Assembly: GCA_963798045.1 (NCBI GenBank)
Contig: CAWCSB010000022.1
Span: 169,005 to 233,004, forward strand
Direction: 5' to 3'
Length of the DNA: 64,000 nt
Source of the DNA: an uncultured Actinomycetota bacterium
Lineage (GTDB): Bacteria > Actinomycetota > Actinomycetes > Propionibacteriales > Nocardioidaceae
Position 1 is the stretch's first letter. Each line of letters starts with the position of its first letter. Shown here piece by piece: positions 50,872 to 61,578 of the stretch. The notes beneath the pieces are model-generated. The model made no database searches, had not been told where the DNA came from, and saw nothing but the letters and a program-made list of their open reading frames with translations. Both the position numbers and the translations under genes were made by a program.

Positions 50872-52220
50872 GTCGTGTCTGACGCCGATGCGAAGCCCGG
50901 GAGGTACTCGGTCAGGATCGCGTGGAACGGCGCCTCGGCCTCGAGCTGGCTGAGCACGCCGATGCCGCCGATCCAGGTGCGGTGGATGAGGAGGTACGAC
51001 GGCGGCAGGTTGAGCTTCATGGCGACCGTGTACGTCGGCTCCCTGGGGTTGTTGATGCGCTGGAACTGCGCGCGCATCCACTCCCGGGTGAACCGGAACC
51101 GCTCCACCTTGGTCGGCTCCACGAACGGCGAGAGGTAGTCGAGCAGCAGGTCGGGGTCGAGCCGGATCCGGTCCTTGATGAACCCCTCTTCACGCAGGCC
51201 GTCCATGAGCGCCTCGCGGTCCTCGAGGGCAGCGATCCGGATCAGCGAGCCCATCGCGGTCGGAAGGCCGCCCGGCCCGAGCCGCGCCACGGCGCCGAAG
51301 TCGAGGATCCCGAGCCGGCCGGGGGAGCCGTCGTCGTGGGGGAGGATGCGGAAGTTGCCGGGGTGCGGGTCGGCGTGCAGCATGCCGGTGCGCCGCGGGC
51401 CGTCGAACAGGAACCGGACGAACAGCTCGCCGTAGTGGTCGCGCTCCTCCTGGGTGCCGTTCCGGATGATGCTGGCCAGGCTGGACGGGCTCTCCAGCCA
51501 CTCGGTGACGAGGACCTCGGCGCCCTGGGCGACGACGTCGGGGATCACGATGTCGGGGTCGTCGCGGAACGCCGCGGCGAAGGCCCGCTGCGCCTCGGCC
51601 TCCAGCTCGTAGTCGAGCTCGTCGATCGCGCGCGCCTGCATCTCCTCGACCAGGGGCTTGATGTCCACGCCCGGCACCAGCGGCGCGACGGTGCGGCCGA
51701 GCCGGCCGATCTGGCGCAGGTCGGACATCAGCGCGTCTCCGGCGCCCGGGTACTGCACCTTGATCGCGACGTCGCGACCGTCGTGCCAGCGGGCCTTGTG
51801 CACCTGGCCGATGCTTGCCGCGGCCGTCGGGCCGCCGTCCAGCCAGACGATCTGCTTCTGCCAGTCCGCCCCGAGGCTCTTCGCGATCTGGTCGCGGACC
51901 GTCTGGGTGGGCATCGGCGGCGCGGCGTCCTGCAACCTGGTCAGCTGTTCGCGATAGGGGCCGGCGATCTCCTCGGGCAGTGCCGCCTCGAGCACGCTCA
52001 GCGCCTGGCCGAACTTCATGGCCCCGCCCTTGAGCTCGCCGAGCGTCCGGAACAGCTGCTCGGCGGTCCGCTGCTGGATGTCGGTCAGCACCGTCTCGGC
52101 CGACGCCCCTCCCAGTCGCCTGCCGAGCCCGAGGGCGCTGCGCCCGGCGTACCCAAGCGGCAGGGCCGCCAGTCGCGCCGTGCGCGCAGCGGCCTTGCGG
52201 GGCAGATCCCGGTCGGCCAT
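50868..52220 (-). CDS. ABC1/AarF/UbiB atypical kinase
   Basis: AAASIGQVH, VAIKVQYPG, HADPHPGN, LDFG. Confidence 0.95.
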   Translation of the reverse strand: MADRDLPRKAAARTARLAALPLGYAGRSALGLGRRLGGASAETVLTDIQQRTAEQLFRTLGELKGGAMKFGQALSVLEAALPEEIAGPYREQLTRLQDAAPPMPTQTVRDQIAKSLGADWQKQIVWLDGGPTAAASIGQVHKARWHDGRDVAIKVQYPGAGDALMSDLRQIGRLGRTVAPLVPGVDIKPLVEEMQARAIDELDYELEAEAQRAFAAAFRDDPDIVIPDVVAQGAEVLVTEWLESPSSLASIIRNGTQEERDHYGELFVRFLFDGPRRTGMLHADPHPGNFRILPHDDGSPGRLGILDFGAVARLGPGGLPTAMGSLIRIAALEDREALMDGLREEGFIKDRIRLDPDLLLDYLSPFVEPTKVERFRFTREWMRAQFQRINNPREPTYTVAMKLNLPPSYLLIHRTWIGGIGVLSQLEAEAPFHAILTEYLPGFASASDTT

Positions 52221-52444
52221 GGCGCCATTGTCCCCGATGACCCACGGGGGACTGTGCATCCTCATTGATGCGCCCCACCGGCCCGACTGCGGGTACCGAC
52301 AGGTGTCGGCTGACACCGGACAGGCCGGCGTCGCGGCCTCAAGGCGCGCCCAACAAGGCGCGTTCCTTGGACAACAGCCTCTGCACGCCACACACTGGTC
52401 ATGACCCAGGGCGGCGCGAACGCCTCGCCGGGAGGTGGGGACCG

Positions 52445-52955
<511 letters not shown>

Positions 52956-52969
52956 CGATCAGCCGCGAC

Positions 52970-53302
52970 ATGACCAGTGCACACGACCCGGAAACGGGTC
53001 GGGAGGGCCCGGGAAGGGTGGCGCGCCTCCTGGAGCTCGCGGTCCACAACGCCGAGCAGCTGCTCGCGGAGGCCCGGGCCGAGGCCGAGCAGCTGCGGTC
53101 CGAGGCACGCAAGGACGCCGACGCAGTGCTTGCCGTCGCGCGCCACGAGGCGGAGCGGGTGCACGCGGCTCTCGAGGAGTCACGGGCAGCCATCTCCGCG
53201 GACATCGCCGGGCTGCTGCGCACCCAGCAGGAACATCGCGAGCGGCTGCGCGGGGACCGCCGCGCGGTGCTCGACCAGCCGGAGCCGACCGAGGCCGTGT
53301 GA
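52970..53302 (+). CDS. Second DivIVA-like coiled-coil protein (paralog)
   Basis: VARLLELAVHNAEQLLAEARAEAEQL. Confidence 0.65.
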   Translation: MTSAHDPETGREGPGRVARLLELAVHNAEQLLAEARAEAEQLRSEARKDADAVLAVARHEAERVHAALEESRAAISADIAGLLRTQQEHRERLRGDRRAVLDQPEPTEAV

Positions 53303-53328
53303 CCTCGGTCGTCCCCACCGTCAGACGG

Positions 53329-53688
53329 TCATGACTGCAGGTCAGGCATGGCCCCGAACTTGCGAACCTCCTGGGGCCAGCCGCACGCTTCCGCGATCTT
53401 GCCGGCCCACACTTTGGCCGCCTCCTCGTCGGCGACGTCCACGACGGTCAGTCCGCCCAGCCACTCCTTGGTCTCGACGAAGGGTCCGTCGGTGAAGGTC
53501 AGCGTGCCGCTCGTGGCGTCGGCGCTGAACACCGGGCCGTCCTCCTCCAGCCCCCCGGCGAAGAGGTACTCCCCGGCGGCCTTGATCTCGTCCACGACCG
53601 CCATGGCGAGTGGCCCGCGCCCGCGGAACCACTCCTCGGTGTGGTCACCCACCCACTGCTGGTTGAAGTAGATGAGGTATTCGGGCAT
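53329..53688 (-). CDS. YciI family protein
   Basis: AGGL, TDGPFVETKEWLGG. Confidence 0.9.
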   Translation of the reverse strand: MPEYLIYFNQQWVGDHTEEWFRGRGPLAMAVVDEIKAAGEYLFAGGLEEDGPVFSADATSGTLTFTDGPFVETKEWLGGLTVVDVADEEAAKVWAGKIAEACGWPQEVRKFGAMPDLQS

Positions 53689-53902
53689 GTCTGCTCCCTA
53701 GGCTCGGGCGGACCCGGTGTCCGCCTCCACCTACGCTACGAACGCCGTCCGGCGGAAACGACAGCCTCAGGCGGGAAGTTTCACGCCTTTGTCGACCCGG
53801 CGGGTCAGACACACAAAGATTCGCGCAAACGCGAATCCCCAATACGGTCCAGCGCGGCAAGACTCGAGACACGACCAGCCGACCAGAGGGCGGTGTCCCG
53901 TC

Positions 53903-55180
53903 ATGCCTCGGACGCTCACGTTGGAGCCGTCAGATATTCCGCGCCGAACCGTCCTGAAGGGTGGGGCGGCGGCCGCGGCGGCCGGGATGACTGTCCTGAA
54001 CGTCGCCGGTCCCGCGCAGGCATTCCCGGGACATGCGGACCCGGGTGTTGTCGTCCCCTGGCTCGACCAGCCCGATCCGGTGGTGCCGCCGCTGTCGAAC
54101 AACCTGGGGCACCCACTGGTGTGGGAGGAGATCGAGTACCTGACCCCCAACGACGAGTTCGTCACGGTCAAGCACTACGACGTGCCGCAGCTGTCGCCGA
54201 CCGAATGGAGCCTGGGCGTCACCGGCCTCGTCGCCCACCCGCTGACCCTGTCGCTGGCCGACCTCAAGGCCCTTCCGCGTCGCGCCGCCACGTTCGCGCT
54301 GGAGTGTTCCGGCAACCAGGCCGCCACGCCGTTCCAGATCGGCGTCATCGGCAACGCCCGCTGGGCCGGCGCGTCGTTGCGCCAGGTCCTGAAGCAGGCA
54401 CGCCCGCTCGACGGGGGAATCGAGGTGATTTTCCGCGCCGCCGACAAGGGAGCGGTGAACATCCGAGACAACTCCGCGGTCATCAGTGGTGGCGTGACGG
54501 GGACGGTGACGCCCGACAGCGAGGATCCGCCCGGACTTGACCTGACCATCACCGAGCAGTTCGCCCGGAGCATGTCGCTCGAGGACGCCATGAGCCAGGA
54601 CAACCTGCTCTGCTACGAGATGAACGGCGTACCACTACCCCGCGACCACGGAGCCCCCGTCCGCCTCATCGCTCCCGGCTGGTACGGCGTGGCCAACGTC
54701 AAGTGGCTCACCCAGATCGAGGTGACCGACAGCCGCTACCAGGGCCGCTTCATGGCGCGCGACTACGTCAGCATCCGTGAGGAGGATCGCGGGGGAGAGA
54801 CGCTTTGGACGTTCACCTCCGTGACCCACGAGCGGCTGAAGTCGGCGCCGGCGAAGGTCACACGACGAGGTGACAGGTACACGGTCCTCGGCGCGGCCTG
54901 GGGCGCACCGATCGCGAAGGTGGAGGCCCAGGTGGACGAGGGACCCTGGAAGCGGACGAAGCTCGCGCGCCGCCCGCATTCATCGCGCGGAGACGAGTTC
55001 GCGTGGAGGTTCTGGACCTTCGACTGGGGGTCGCCTCTCCCCGGTGTGCACACCATCAGGTCACGGGCCTACGACAAGGACGGCAACGTCCAGCCCGCGC
55101 CTGACGACCCGTCCGTCACCAACCGGAGAACCTTCTACGAGAGCAACGGACACGTCACGCGGCAGGTGCTCATCCCCTGA
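53903..55180 (+). CDS. Tat-exported sulfite-oxidase-family molybdoenzyme
   Basis: PRRTVLKGG signal, LECSGN (Mo ligand Cys), EMNGVPLPRDHGAPVRLIAPGWYG, VKWL, dimerisation domain. Confidence 0.92.
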   Translation: MPRTLTLEPSDIPRRTVLKGGAAAAAAGMTVLNVAGPAQAFPGHADPGVVVPWLDQPDPVVPPLSNNLGHPLVWEEIEYLTPNDEFVTVKHYDVPQLSPTEWSLGVTGLVAHPLTLSLADLKALPRRAATFALECSGNQAATPFQIGVIGNARWAGASLRQVLKQARPLDGGIEVIFRAADKGAVNIRDNSAVISGGVTGTVTPDSEDPPGLDLTITEQFARSMSLEDAMSQDNLLCYEMNGVPLPRDHGAPVRLIAPGWYGVANVKWLTQIEVTDSRYQGRFMARDYVSIREEDRGGETLWTFTSVTHERLKSAPAKVTRRGDRYTVLGAAWGAPIAKVEAQVDEGPWKRTKLARRPHSSRGDEFAWRFWTFDWGSPLPGVHTIRSRAYDKDGNVQPAPDDPSVTNRRTFYESNGHVTRQVLIP

Positions 55181-55315
55181 CGTGTGGATTCCTCAGCGTT
55201 TGTCGGGGAACAACACTTCGGGTTCGCGTGGCAGCGGCAGCCGGACGGCTTTTCGCTGCGCCAGAAGGGAACAGCTGGATCATTCAAAGGAGAACAGTCG
55301 AAGGAGCATGTCGAC

Positions 55316-55897
55316 ATGAAAAACAATGTGCGCGGAACTTCATTGCGCAGCGCGAGGGTTCTCATTGCAATTGCCCTCGCATCGATGATGCTGGTGGGTG
55401 GAAGCGCTGCCTTGGCGGGCGGAGACAAGAAGCAGGTCTTCGTTTCCGGCAACAGCACGTTCTCTGACTGCGGACTCCCAGGGTCGGACTTTGCGCTCGC
55501 ATTGACCGGGGACCTCGAGGGCTGCCTGAGCACGTTCGTCGAAGATCACAAGTGCAAAGAGTTGGCGGACTACGACTTGTACTTCGAGGAGGGTCGCGAG
55601 GTCTTTCTAGGCAAGTTTCACGGGAAGCAGGGCAGGTTCAGGACGACATACACATTCGAAGGGGCCTATGCAAAGGGCTTCTGTCAGTCCTCTGATCCGA
55701 CCCTGGAGGTCGGTGGAGGCTGCAGTCACAAGATCGTTGGTGGGAGCCGGGTCTTCGAGGATGCCGCGGGATTGATCAAGTTCATCGATGTGATTGCCGG
55801 CGTGACGGGCGACCCGGTGACCGGGGAGTTCCAAGCCGGCACCGGGGGAAACAACTTCCCCTATTACGGCGGCATACATTTCGATCAACACGACTGA
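55316..55897 (+). CDS. Secreted beta-rich hypothetical protein, lower GC
   Basis: AAGGAG RBS, signal peptide ending ALA, several Cys; visibly more A/T-ending codons than neighbouring genes. Confidence 0.7.
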   Translation: MKNNVRGTSLRSARVLIAIALASMMLVGGSAALAGGDKKQVFVSGNSTFSDCGLPGSDFALALTGDLEGCLSTFVEDHKCKELADYDLYFEEGREVFLGKFHGKQGRFRTTYTFEGAYAKGFCQSSDPTLEVGGGCSHKIVGGSRVFEDAAGLIKFIDVIAGVTGDPVTGEFQAGTGGNNFPYYGGIHFDQHD

Positions 55898-55914
55898 TCA
55901 GCGCACACGCCCCG

Positions 55915-55950
55915 CGACGGGCCCCGCACCTGCTGGTGTGGGACCCGTCG
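55915..55950. terminator. Hairpin between convergent genes
   Basis: cgacgggccccgcacc / ggtgtgggacccgtcg. Confidence 0.6.
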
Positions 55951-55959
55951 GGTCGTCGG

Positions 55960-56616
55960 TCAGGCCGTCGCGGGGAACTTCACGCCGGTGTTGGCGTGGC
56001 AGCGGTAGCCGAACGGGTTCTTCGCGAGGTACTGCTGGTGGGCGTCCTCGGCGTAGTAGTACGGCGTCTCGCTGGCCGGCCGGATCTCGGTGGTGATCTC
56101 GCCGAGGCGGCGCTTGGTGAGCTCGGCACCGTAGACGCCGGTCAGCTCACGCGCGACCTGCTCCTGCGCGGGCGTCGTCCAGTAGATCGCGGAGCGGTAC
56201 TGGGTGCCGACGTCGTTGCCCTGGCGGAAGCCCTGGGTCGGGTCGTGCACCTCGAAGAACCTCTTCACCAGGTCGGCGTACGAGACCACCGACGGGTCGA
56301 AGACGATCCGCACGGCCTCGGTGTGGTTGGTGCGACCGCTGCAGACCTCGTCGTACGACGGGTTGAGGGTGGTGCCGCCGGCGTAGCCGACCGAGGTCGA
56401 CCACACGCCCGGCAGCTGCCAGTAGATCTCCTCGGCGCCCCAGAAGCAGCCGAGCCCGAAGATCGCGACCTCGTGGCCGTCCGGGACCTCGTCGGTGACA
56501 ACGGGAGCGTCCAGGACCCGGTGGCGCGCGGCGATCTGGAACATCCGCTCGGAGCGACCGGGCAGCGCCTGCTCGGGCTCGACGAGGGAGGAGTTGGTGC
56601 GGGAGAAGATGGACAC
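55960..56616 (-). CDS. msrA: Peptide-methionine (S)-S-oxide reductase
   Basis: GCFWGAE, GYAGG, QGNDVGTQYRS, AEDAHQQY. Confidence 0.97.
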   Translation of the reverse strand: MSIFSRTNSSLVEPEQALPGRSERMFQIAARHRVLDAPVVTDEVPDGHEVAIFGLGCFWGAEEIYWQLPGVWSTSVGYAGGTTLNPSYDEVCSGRTNHTEAVRIVFDPSVVSYADLVKRFFEVHDPTQGFRQGNDVGTQYRSAIYWTTPAQEQVARELTGVYGAELTKRRLGEITTEIRPASETPYYYAEDAHQQYLAKNPFGYRCHANTGVKFPATA

Positions 56617-56676
56617 GGAGCTCCTTCTTTCTGCGGCTTCTGTGCTGGGCCCACGATCGGGTCCCAGCACAGTGTC

Positions 56677-56704
56677 CAACACCCCCCGTGAGCGTTACGT
56701 TCCC
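56677..56704 (-). promoter_or_regulatory. SigH/SigR-type promoter for msrA
   Basis: GGGAAC-N18-GTTG on the minus strand; msrA is a known SigR/SigH target in Actinobacteria. Confidence 0.75.
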
Positions 56705-56767
56705 TTCACAGGAGACCCACAGCCCGCGCAGGGCGTGAGGCCAGTCACCACAGGTGGAGTACGACGC

Positions 56768-57586
56768 ATGAGCGACCACCAGCCCCACCACCACTCCCAC
56801 AGCGGCGAGCTCGAGGACCACGACCGCGGGCTCGCCTTCGACCTGCAGAACACCCGACACCGTCGCGCGTTCTTGGGCATGGTGGGAGCGGGCGCCGCCA
56901 CGGTCGGCGGCGCCGTGCTGCTCGGCACCGCGGGGACGGCGGCCGCCGCCGCGATCGCCGAGATCCCGACCGAGACCGCCGGGCCCTATCCGGGCGACGG
57001 GTCGAACGGCCCCAACGCACTGACCGAGTCCGGCATCGTCCGCCGCGACATCCGGCGCAGCGTCGGCAGCTCCACGACGAAGGCGCGGGGCCAGCGGTTC
57101 GAGTTCAAGCTGAGGCTGGTCAACACCGACAACCTCAGCCCGCTCGTCGGGTACGCCGTCTACGCGTGGCACTGCAACCGCGACGGCGCGTACTCCATGT
57201 ACAGCGCCGGCATCACCGGCGAGAACTACCTGCGCGGCGTCCAGGTCAGCAACGAGAGAGGCGCGGTGAAGTTCAAGAGCATCTACCCGGCGTGCTACTC
57301 CGGTCGCTGGCCGCACATCCACTTCGAGGTCTACGCCAACGTCTCCGAGGCCACCGGCGGCGGCACTCCGCTCGTCACCTCGCAGCTGGCCCTGCCCCGC
57401 ACGACCTCGCTGAAGGTCTACAGCAGGGTCGCGGGCTACGAGCAGTCCGTGACCAACCTCAACCGAGTCTCGATCGCCTCGGACATGGTCTTCGGCGACG
57501 ACGGCGGTGTGCGCGAGCTGGCGAAGATGAAGGGCAACCTCAAGAAGGGCTACCGCGCCAAGCTGGTCGTCCCCGTCGACGTCTGA
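56768..57586 (+). CDS. Intradiol ring-cleavage dioxygenase-like protein with Tat-like signal
   Basis: RRAFLG, ETAGPYP, WHCNRDGAYS, LRGVQ, YSGRWPHIHF. Confidence 0.88.
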   Translation: MSDHQPHHHSHSGELEDHDRGLAFDLQNTRHRRAFLGMVGAGAATVGGAVLLGTAGTAAAAAIAEIPTETAGPYPGDGSNGPNALTESGIVRRDIRRSVGSSTTKARGQRFEFKLRLVNTDNLSPLVGYAVYAWHCNRDGAYSMYSAGITGENYLRGVQVSNERGAVKFKSIYPACYSGRWPHIHFEVYANVSEATGGGTPLVTSQLALPRTTSLKVYSRVAGYEQSVTNLNRVSIASDMVFGDDGGVRELAKMKGNLKKGYRAKLVVPVDV

Positions 57587-57602
57587 TCCCGCCCGTCCTC
57601 GC

Positions 57603-57640
57603 TGGTTGAGGAGGTTGCGCAGCAACCGTCTCGAAACCTC
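57603..57640 (+). repeat. REP-like unit
   Basis: TGGTTGAGGAGGTTGCGCAGCAACCGTCTCGAAACCTC is identical to 38108-38145. Confidence 0.85.
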
Positions 57641-57700
57641 AGAAGCCGCTGCTCGGACCGAGTTGAGTTCCAGCACCGCGCTCGCAGATACCCTCACGGA

Positions 57701-58858
57701 ATGAGCCAGGAGCACCGCGAGAAATCCGGCTTCGAGACGCGTGCCATCCACGCGGGCTGGGAGCCGGACCCGTCGACAGGGTCGGTGATCCCGCCCATCT
57801 TCGCGACCTCGACCTACAAGCAGGACGGTGTCGGCGGCTTGCGCGGCGGCTACGAGTACAGCCGCTCCGGCAACCCCACCCGCACCGCCCTCGAGGCCAC
57901 GATCGCGGCACTGGAGGAGGGGGAGCGTGGGTTCGCGTTCGCCTCCGGCCTGGCGGCCGAGGACACGGTGGTGCGCGGGCTCCTCGACCCGGGTGACCAC
58001 GTGGTGCTCCCCAACGACGCGTACGGCGGCACCCACCGCCTCTTCGACAAGGTGCTCCAGCGCTGGGGGCTGACGCACACCCCGACCGCGCTGTCCGACC
58101 TCGACGCGGTCAGGAGCGCGATCACCGACAAGACGAAGATGGTCTGGGTCGAGACCCCCACCAACCCGCTGCTCGGCATCGCCGACATCGCGGCCCTGGC
58201 CAGGCTCGCCCACGAGGCCGGCGCGCTGCTCGCGGTCGACAACACGTTCGCGACGCCGTACCTCCAGCGCCCGCTGACCCTCGGCGCCGACATCGTCATC
58301 CACTCCACGACCAAGTACGCCGGCGGCCACAGCGACGTCGTCGGGGGAGCGGTCGTGGTGCGCGACCTCGACCTCGCCGAGAACGTCGGCTACCACCAGA
58401 ACGCCATGGGCGCCGTGGCCGGCCCGTTCGACGCGTGGCTCACGCTGCGGGGCCTCAAGACGCTGGGCGTCCGGATGGAGCGGCACTGCGACAACGCCGA
58501 GCGGATCGTGGAGTTCCTCACCGCCGACGAGCGCGTCGAGCACGTCTTCTACCCGGGGCTCGCGGACCACCCCGGCCACGACGTCGCGAGTGCCCAGATG
58601 GCCCGGTTCGGCGGGATGGTCGCCTTCCGGGCCAAGGGCGGCGAGGAGCAGGCACTCCAGGTCTGCGACCGCACCCGGGTCTTCACCCTGGCCGAGTCGC
58701 TCGGGGGCATCGAGTCGCTGATCGAGCACCCCGGCCGGATGACCCATGCCAGCGTCGCCGGCACCGAGCTCGAGGTGCCCGCCGACCTGGTCCGGCTCAG
58801 CGTCGGCATCGAGACCGTCGACGACCTGCTCGCCGACCTCGACCAGGCACTTGGCTGA
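57701..58858 (+). CDS. metB: Cystathionine gamma-synthase/lyase
   Basis: YSRSGNPT, ETPTNP, DNTFATP, HSTTKYAGGHSD, AESLGG. Confidence 0.95.
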   Translation: MSQEHREKSGFETRAIHAGWEPDPSTGSVIPPIFATSTYKQDGVGGLRGGYEYSRSGNPTRTALEATIAALEEGERGFAFASGLAAEDTVVRGLLDPGDHVVLPNDAYGGTHRLFDKVLQRWGLTHTPTALSDLDAVRSAITDKTKMVWVETPTNPLLGIADIAALARLAHEAGALLAVDNTFATPYLQRPLTLGADIVIHSTTKYAGGHSDVVGGAVVVRDLDLAENVGYHQNAMGAVAGPFDAWLTLRGLKTLGVRMERHCDNAERIVEFLTADERVEHVFYPGLADHPGHDVASAQMARFGGMVAFRAKGGEEQALQVCDRTRVFTLAESLGGIESLIEHPGRMTHASVAGTELEVPADLVRLSVGIETVDDLLADLDQALG

Positions 58859-60188
58859 GCCCGCCAGCCGGCTCGCGGTCTGCGCCGACTTCGGCTCGAC
58901 GTTCACCAAGGCGCTGCTGGTCGACCTGACGACCGGCGCGGTCGTCGCCGGCGCCGAGCACCGCACGACGATCGAGACCGACGTCCTCGACGGGTACGAC
59001 GCCTGCCTGGCCGAGCTCGCACGCGCCGACCCGAGGGCCGCGGACGCCGAGGTGCTGGCCTGCTCCAGCGCCGGCGGCGGGCTCCGGGTCGCCGTGGTCG
59101 GCAACGAGGAGCTGGTCACCGCGGAGGCCGGACGCCGGGTCGCGCTCTCCAGCGGCGGCAAGGTGGTCACGGTGCGAGCGATCGCTCAGGGGCACGCCCT
59201 CGACCTGACCGCGGACGCTCCGGACGTCGTACTCCTCACCGGCGGCACCGACGGTGGCAACCACGAGCCGATCCTGCGTGCGGCCAAGGGGCTGAAGGAC
59301 GGTGGCTGGCGCGGCCCGACCGTCGTGGCAGGCAACGTCGACGCGCGCGACGAGGTCAGCGCCATCCTCGGCGAGGTCCCGCACGTGCTCGCCGACAACG
59401 TGGTCCCGCGGATCGGGGTCCTGGCGCCGGGCTCGGCGAGGGCGGCGATCCGCGAGGTGTTCCTCTCCCACGTCATCGGCGGCAAGCACCTGAGTGAGCG
59501 CGCTGACTTCACCCGGATGGTTCGCGGCGCGACGCCGGACGTCGTCCTGACGGGCGTCGAGCTGCTGGCACGGGCCGCGGGCGAGGTCGTGGTGGTCGAC
59601 GTCGGCGGCGCCACCACCGACGTCCACTCCGTCGTCGAGGTCGATCCGGAGCAGGCAGAGCTGGCTCGCGACGTGGTCGCGCCGACCCCGGTCACCCGCA
59701 CCGTCGAGGGAGACCTCGGCATGCGCTGGTCCGCGATCTCGACCGTGGACGAGGCGGGGCTGCCGGACCTCGAGGCGGCCGCCAGGAAGAGACACGCAGA
59801 TCCTGGGTTCCTCCCCACCTCCGACCAGGAGCACGACGAGGACGAGGCCATCGCCCGTGCCGCGGTGGCCCTCGCCCTGCGCCGGCACGCGGGCCGGTCG
59901 AAGGTCGTGGTCAGCCCCGAAGGCCGGGTCATCGAGCGCAGCGGTGTCGACCTGCGTGAGGTCGGTCTCGTGGTCGGCTCCGGAGGCGTGCTCCGCCATG
60001 GCCGTCACGGCGTGGCTGCCCGCGTCCTGGGCCCGAGCGTCGGACTCGACGGGGACTGGCAGCTCCCCGAGCGCGCCAAGGTCGTGGTCGACTCCGACTA
60101 TGTGCTCGCCGCCGCGGGGCTGCTGGCCGCCGAACACCCCGACGCGGCGTACCGCCTCGTGTCGAGCCTGCTGGAGACTCGTGGATAG
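58851..60188 (+). CDS. GlmL/MutL-family (ASKHA) B12-enzyme reactivase-like protein
   Basis: DFGSTFTK, CSSAGGGL, GGTDGGN, DVGGATTDVHS, RTVEGDLGMR. Confidence 0.85.
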   Translation: MAEPASRLAVCADFGSTFTKALLVDLTTGAVVAGAEHRTTIETDVLDGYDACLAELARADPRAADAEVLACSSAGGGLRVAVVGNEELVTAEAGRRVALSSGGKVVTVRAIAQGHALDLTADAPDVVLLTGGTDGGNHEPILRAAKGLKDGGWRGPTVVAGNVDARDEVSAILGEVPHVLADNVVPRIGVLAPGSARAAIREVFLSHVIGGKHLSERADFTRMVRGATPDVVLTGVELLARAAGEVVVVDVGGATTDVHSVVEVDPEQAELARDVVAPTPVTRTVEGDLGMRWSAISTVDEAGLPDLEAAARKRHADPGFLPTSDQEHDEDEAIARAAVALALRRHAGRSKVVVSPEGRVIERSGVDLREVGLVVGSGGVLRHGRHGVAARVLGPSVGLDGDWQLPERAKVVVDSDYVLAAAGLLAAEHPDAAYRLVSSLLETRG

Positions 60189-60197
60189 ATTGACGCC

Positions 60198-61565
60198 GTG
60201 AGCGACCACGACGGTGCCCCCGCGGGTCGCGACGACGCCGGCGACAGAGCCACCGACCGCGCCCACGAGGAGACCGCCGAGCACAAGGAGGGTGTCGCCT
60301 CCCGGCTCGCCCACCAGTGGGCGGCGCTACGCCGTCAGGAGCGCGAGCCCGTGCCGGTCGAGATCGCGGCCGGCGCGTCGAACTTCAGGCGCGCAGAGGT
60401 GCCGTACGGCGTCGACCTCGCCGCCGCGTGGTCGTGGCGGCTGCTGGTCATCGCCGCCGCTGCCGCGCTGGTCGGCTACCTGATCTCGTTCCTCGCGGTG
60501 ATGGTCATCCCGGTCGTGGTGGCCCTGCTGATCTCCGCGCTGGTGGTGCCGGTCGTCGACTGGCTCGTCCTGCACGGGGTGCGCCGCAGCCTGGCCGCGA
60601 TCATGGTCGTCCTCTTCACGATCGCCTCCGTCGTGGCACTGCTCAGCTTCGCCGGCCAGCAGGTGGCCAACGGTGCGTCCGACCTCGCCGACTCCACGGT
60701 CGAGGGCATCCAGGAGATCAAGGACTGGCTGCGCGACGGACCCCTGAACGCCAGCGACTCGCAGATCAACGACTACCTGAAGCGGATCCAGGACGCGATC
60801 ACCGAGCAGACCGGCGAGGGCGGCCTGGTCACCTCCGTCACCGAGGTCGGCACCGCGGTCGGCCACATCCTGGCCGGCTTCTTCATCGTGCTGTTCTCGA
60901 CGTACTTCTTCCTGGCCGACGGCAACCGGATCTGGGCCTGGGTGGTCCGGCTCTCTCCGCGGGCCGCGCGCGAGCGGGTGGACAGCTCGGGCCGGGTCGC
61001 GTGGATCTCGCTGACCCAGTTCGTGCGGGCCACCGTCATCGTGGCCGCGACCGACGGCATCCTGATCGGGGCCGGAGCGGCGATCATCGGCGTGCCGTTC
61101 TCGCTGGCCATCGGCGTGCTGGTCTTCCTCGGCGCCTTCGTGCCGATCGTGGGTGCGACGGTGGCGGGCACGGTCGCCATCCTGGTCGCCCTCGTCGACC
61201 AGGGGCCGGTCCGTGCGCTGATCATGCTGGCCATCGTGATCGGGGTGCAGCAGCTCGAGGGGCACGTGCTGCAGCCGTTCCTGATGGGTCGCTGGGTGTC
61301 GGTGCACCCGCTCGGCGTCATCCTGGCCATCGCCGCCGGAGTGCTCACCGCCGGCGTCGCAGGCGCGCTCGTCGCCGTCCCGCTGGCCGCCGCCGTCAAC
61401 GCGGTGGTCCAGCACCTCGCCGCCTACACCGAACCCGGCGACGATCCGGTGGAGGAGCTGGCCGAGGACTACGTTGAGACAGGGGAGACCTCCCACGTCG
61501 AGGAGGACGAACCGGAGCCGCCCCACGACTCCGACGACCCCGAGGACGGTGCGGTCGGTGGGTGA
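60198..61565 (+). CDS. AI-2E family transporter
   Basis: Multi-TM; FVPIVGA, QQLEGHVLQP, VHPL. Confidence 0.92.
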   Translation: MSDHDGAPAGRDDAGDRATDRAHEETAEHKEGVASRLAHQWAALRRQEREPVPVEIAAGASNFRRAEVPYGVDLAAAWSWRLLVIAAAAALVGYLISFLAVMVIPVVVALLISALVVPVVDWLVLHGVRRSLAAIMVVLFTIASVVALLSFAGQQVANGASDLADSTVEGIQEIKDWLRDGPLNASDSQINDYLKRIQDAITEQTGEGGLVTSVTEVGTAVGHILAGFFIVLFSTYFFLADGNRIWAWVVRLSPRAARERVDSSGRVAWISLTQFVRATVIVAATDGILIGAGAAIIGVPFSLAIGVLVFLGAFVPIVGATVAGTVAILVALVDQGPVRALIMLAIVIGVQQLEGHVLQPFLMGRWVSVHPLGVILAIAAGVLTAGVAGALVAVPLAAAVNAVVQHLAAYTEPGDDPVEELAEDYVETGETSHVEEDEPEPPHDSDDPEDGAVGG

Positions 61566-61578
61566 CCCGGAGGCGTGC

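Noticed and set aside
56641-56671. Hairpin in the msrA leader as a riboswitch
   Set aside because: It is a single simple stem with no recognisable aptamer.
56147-59170. Very long antisense or alternative-frame ORFs (also 876-3089, 17441-19423, 31804-33939, 35797-37884)
   Set aside because: These are shadow ORFs expected in high-GC DNA. They overlap well-supported genes and show no motifs.
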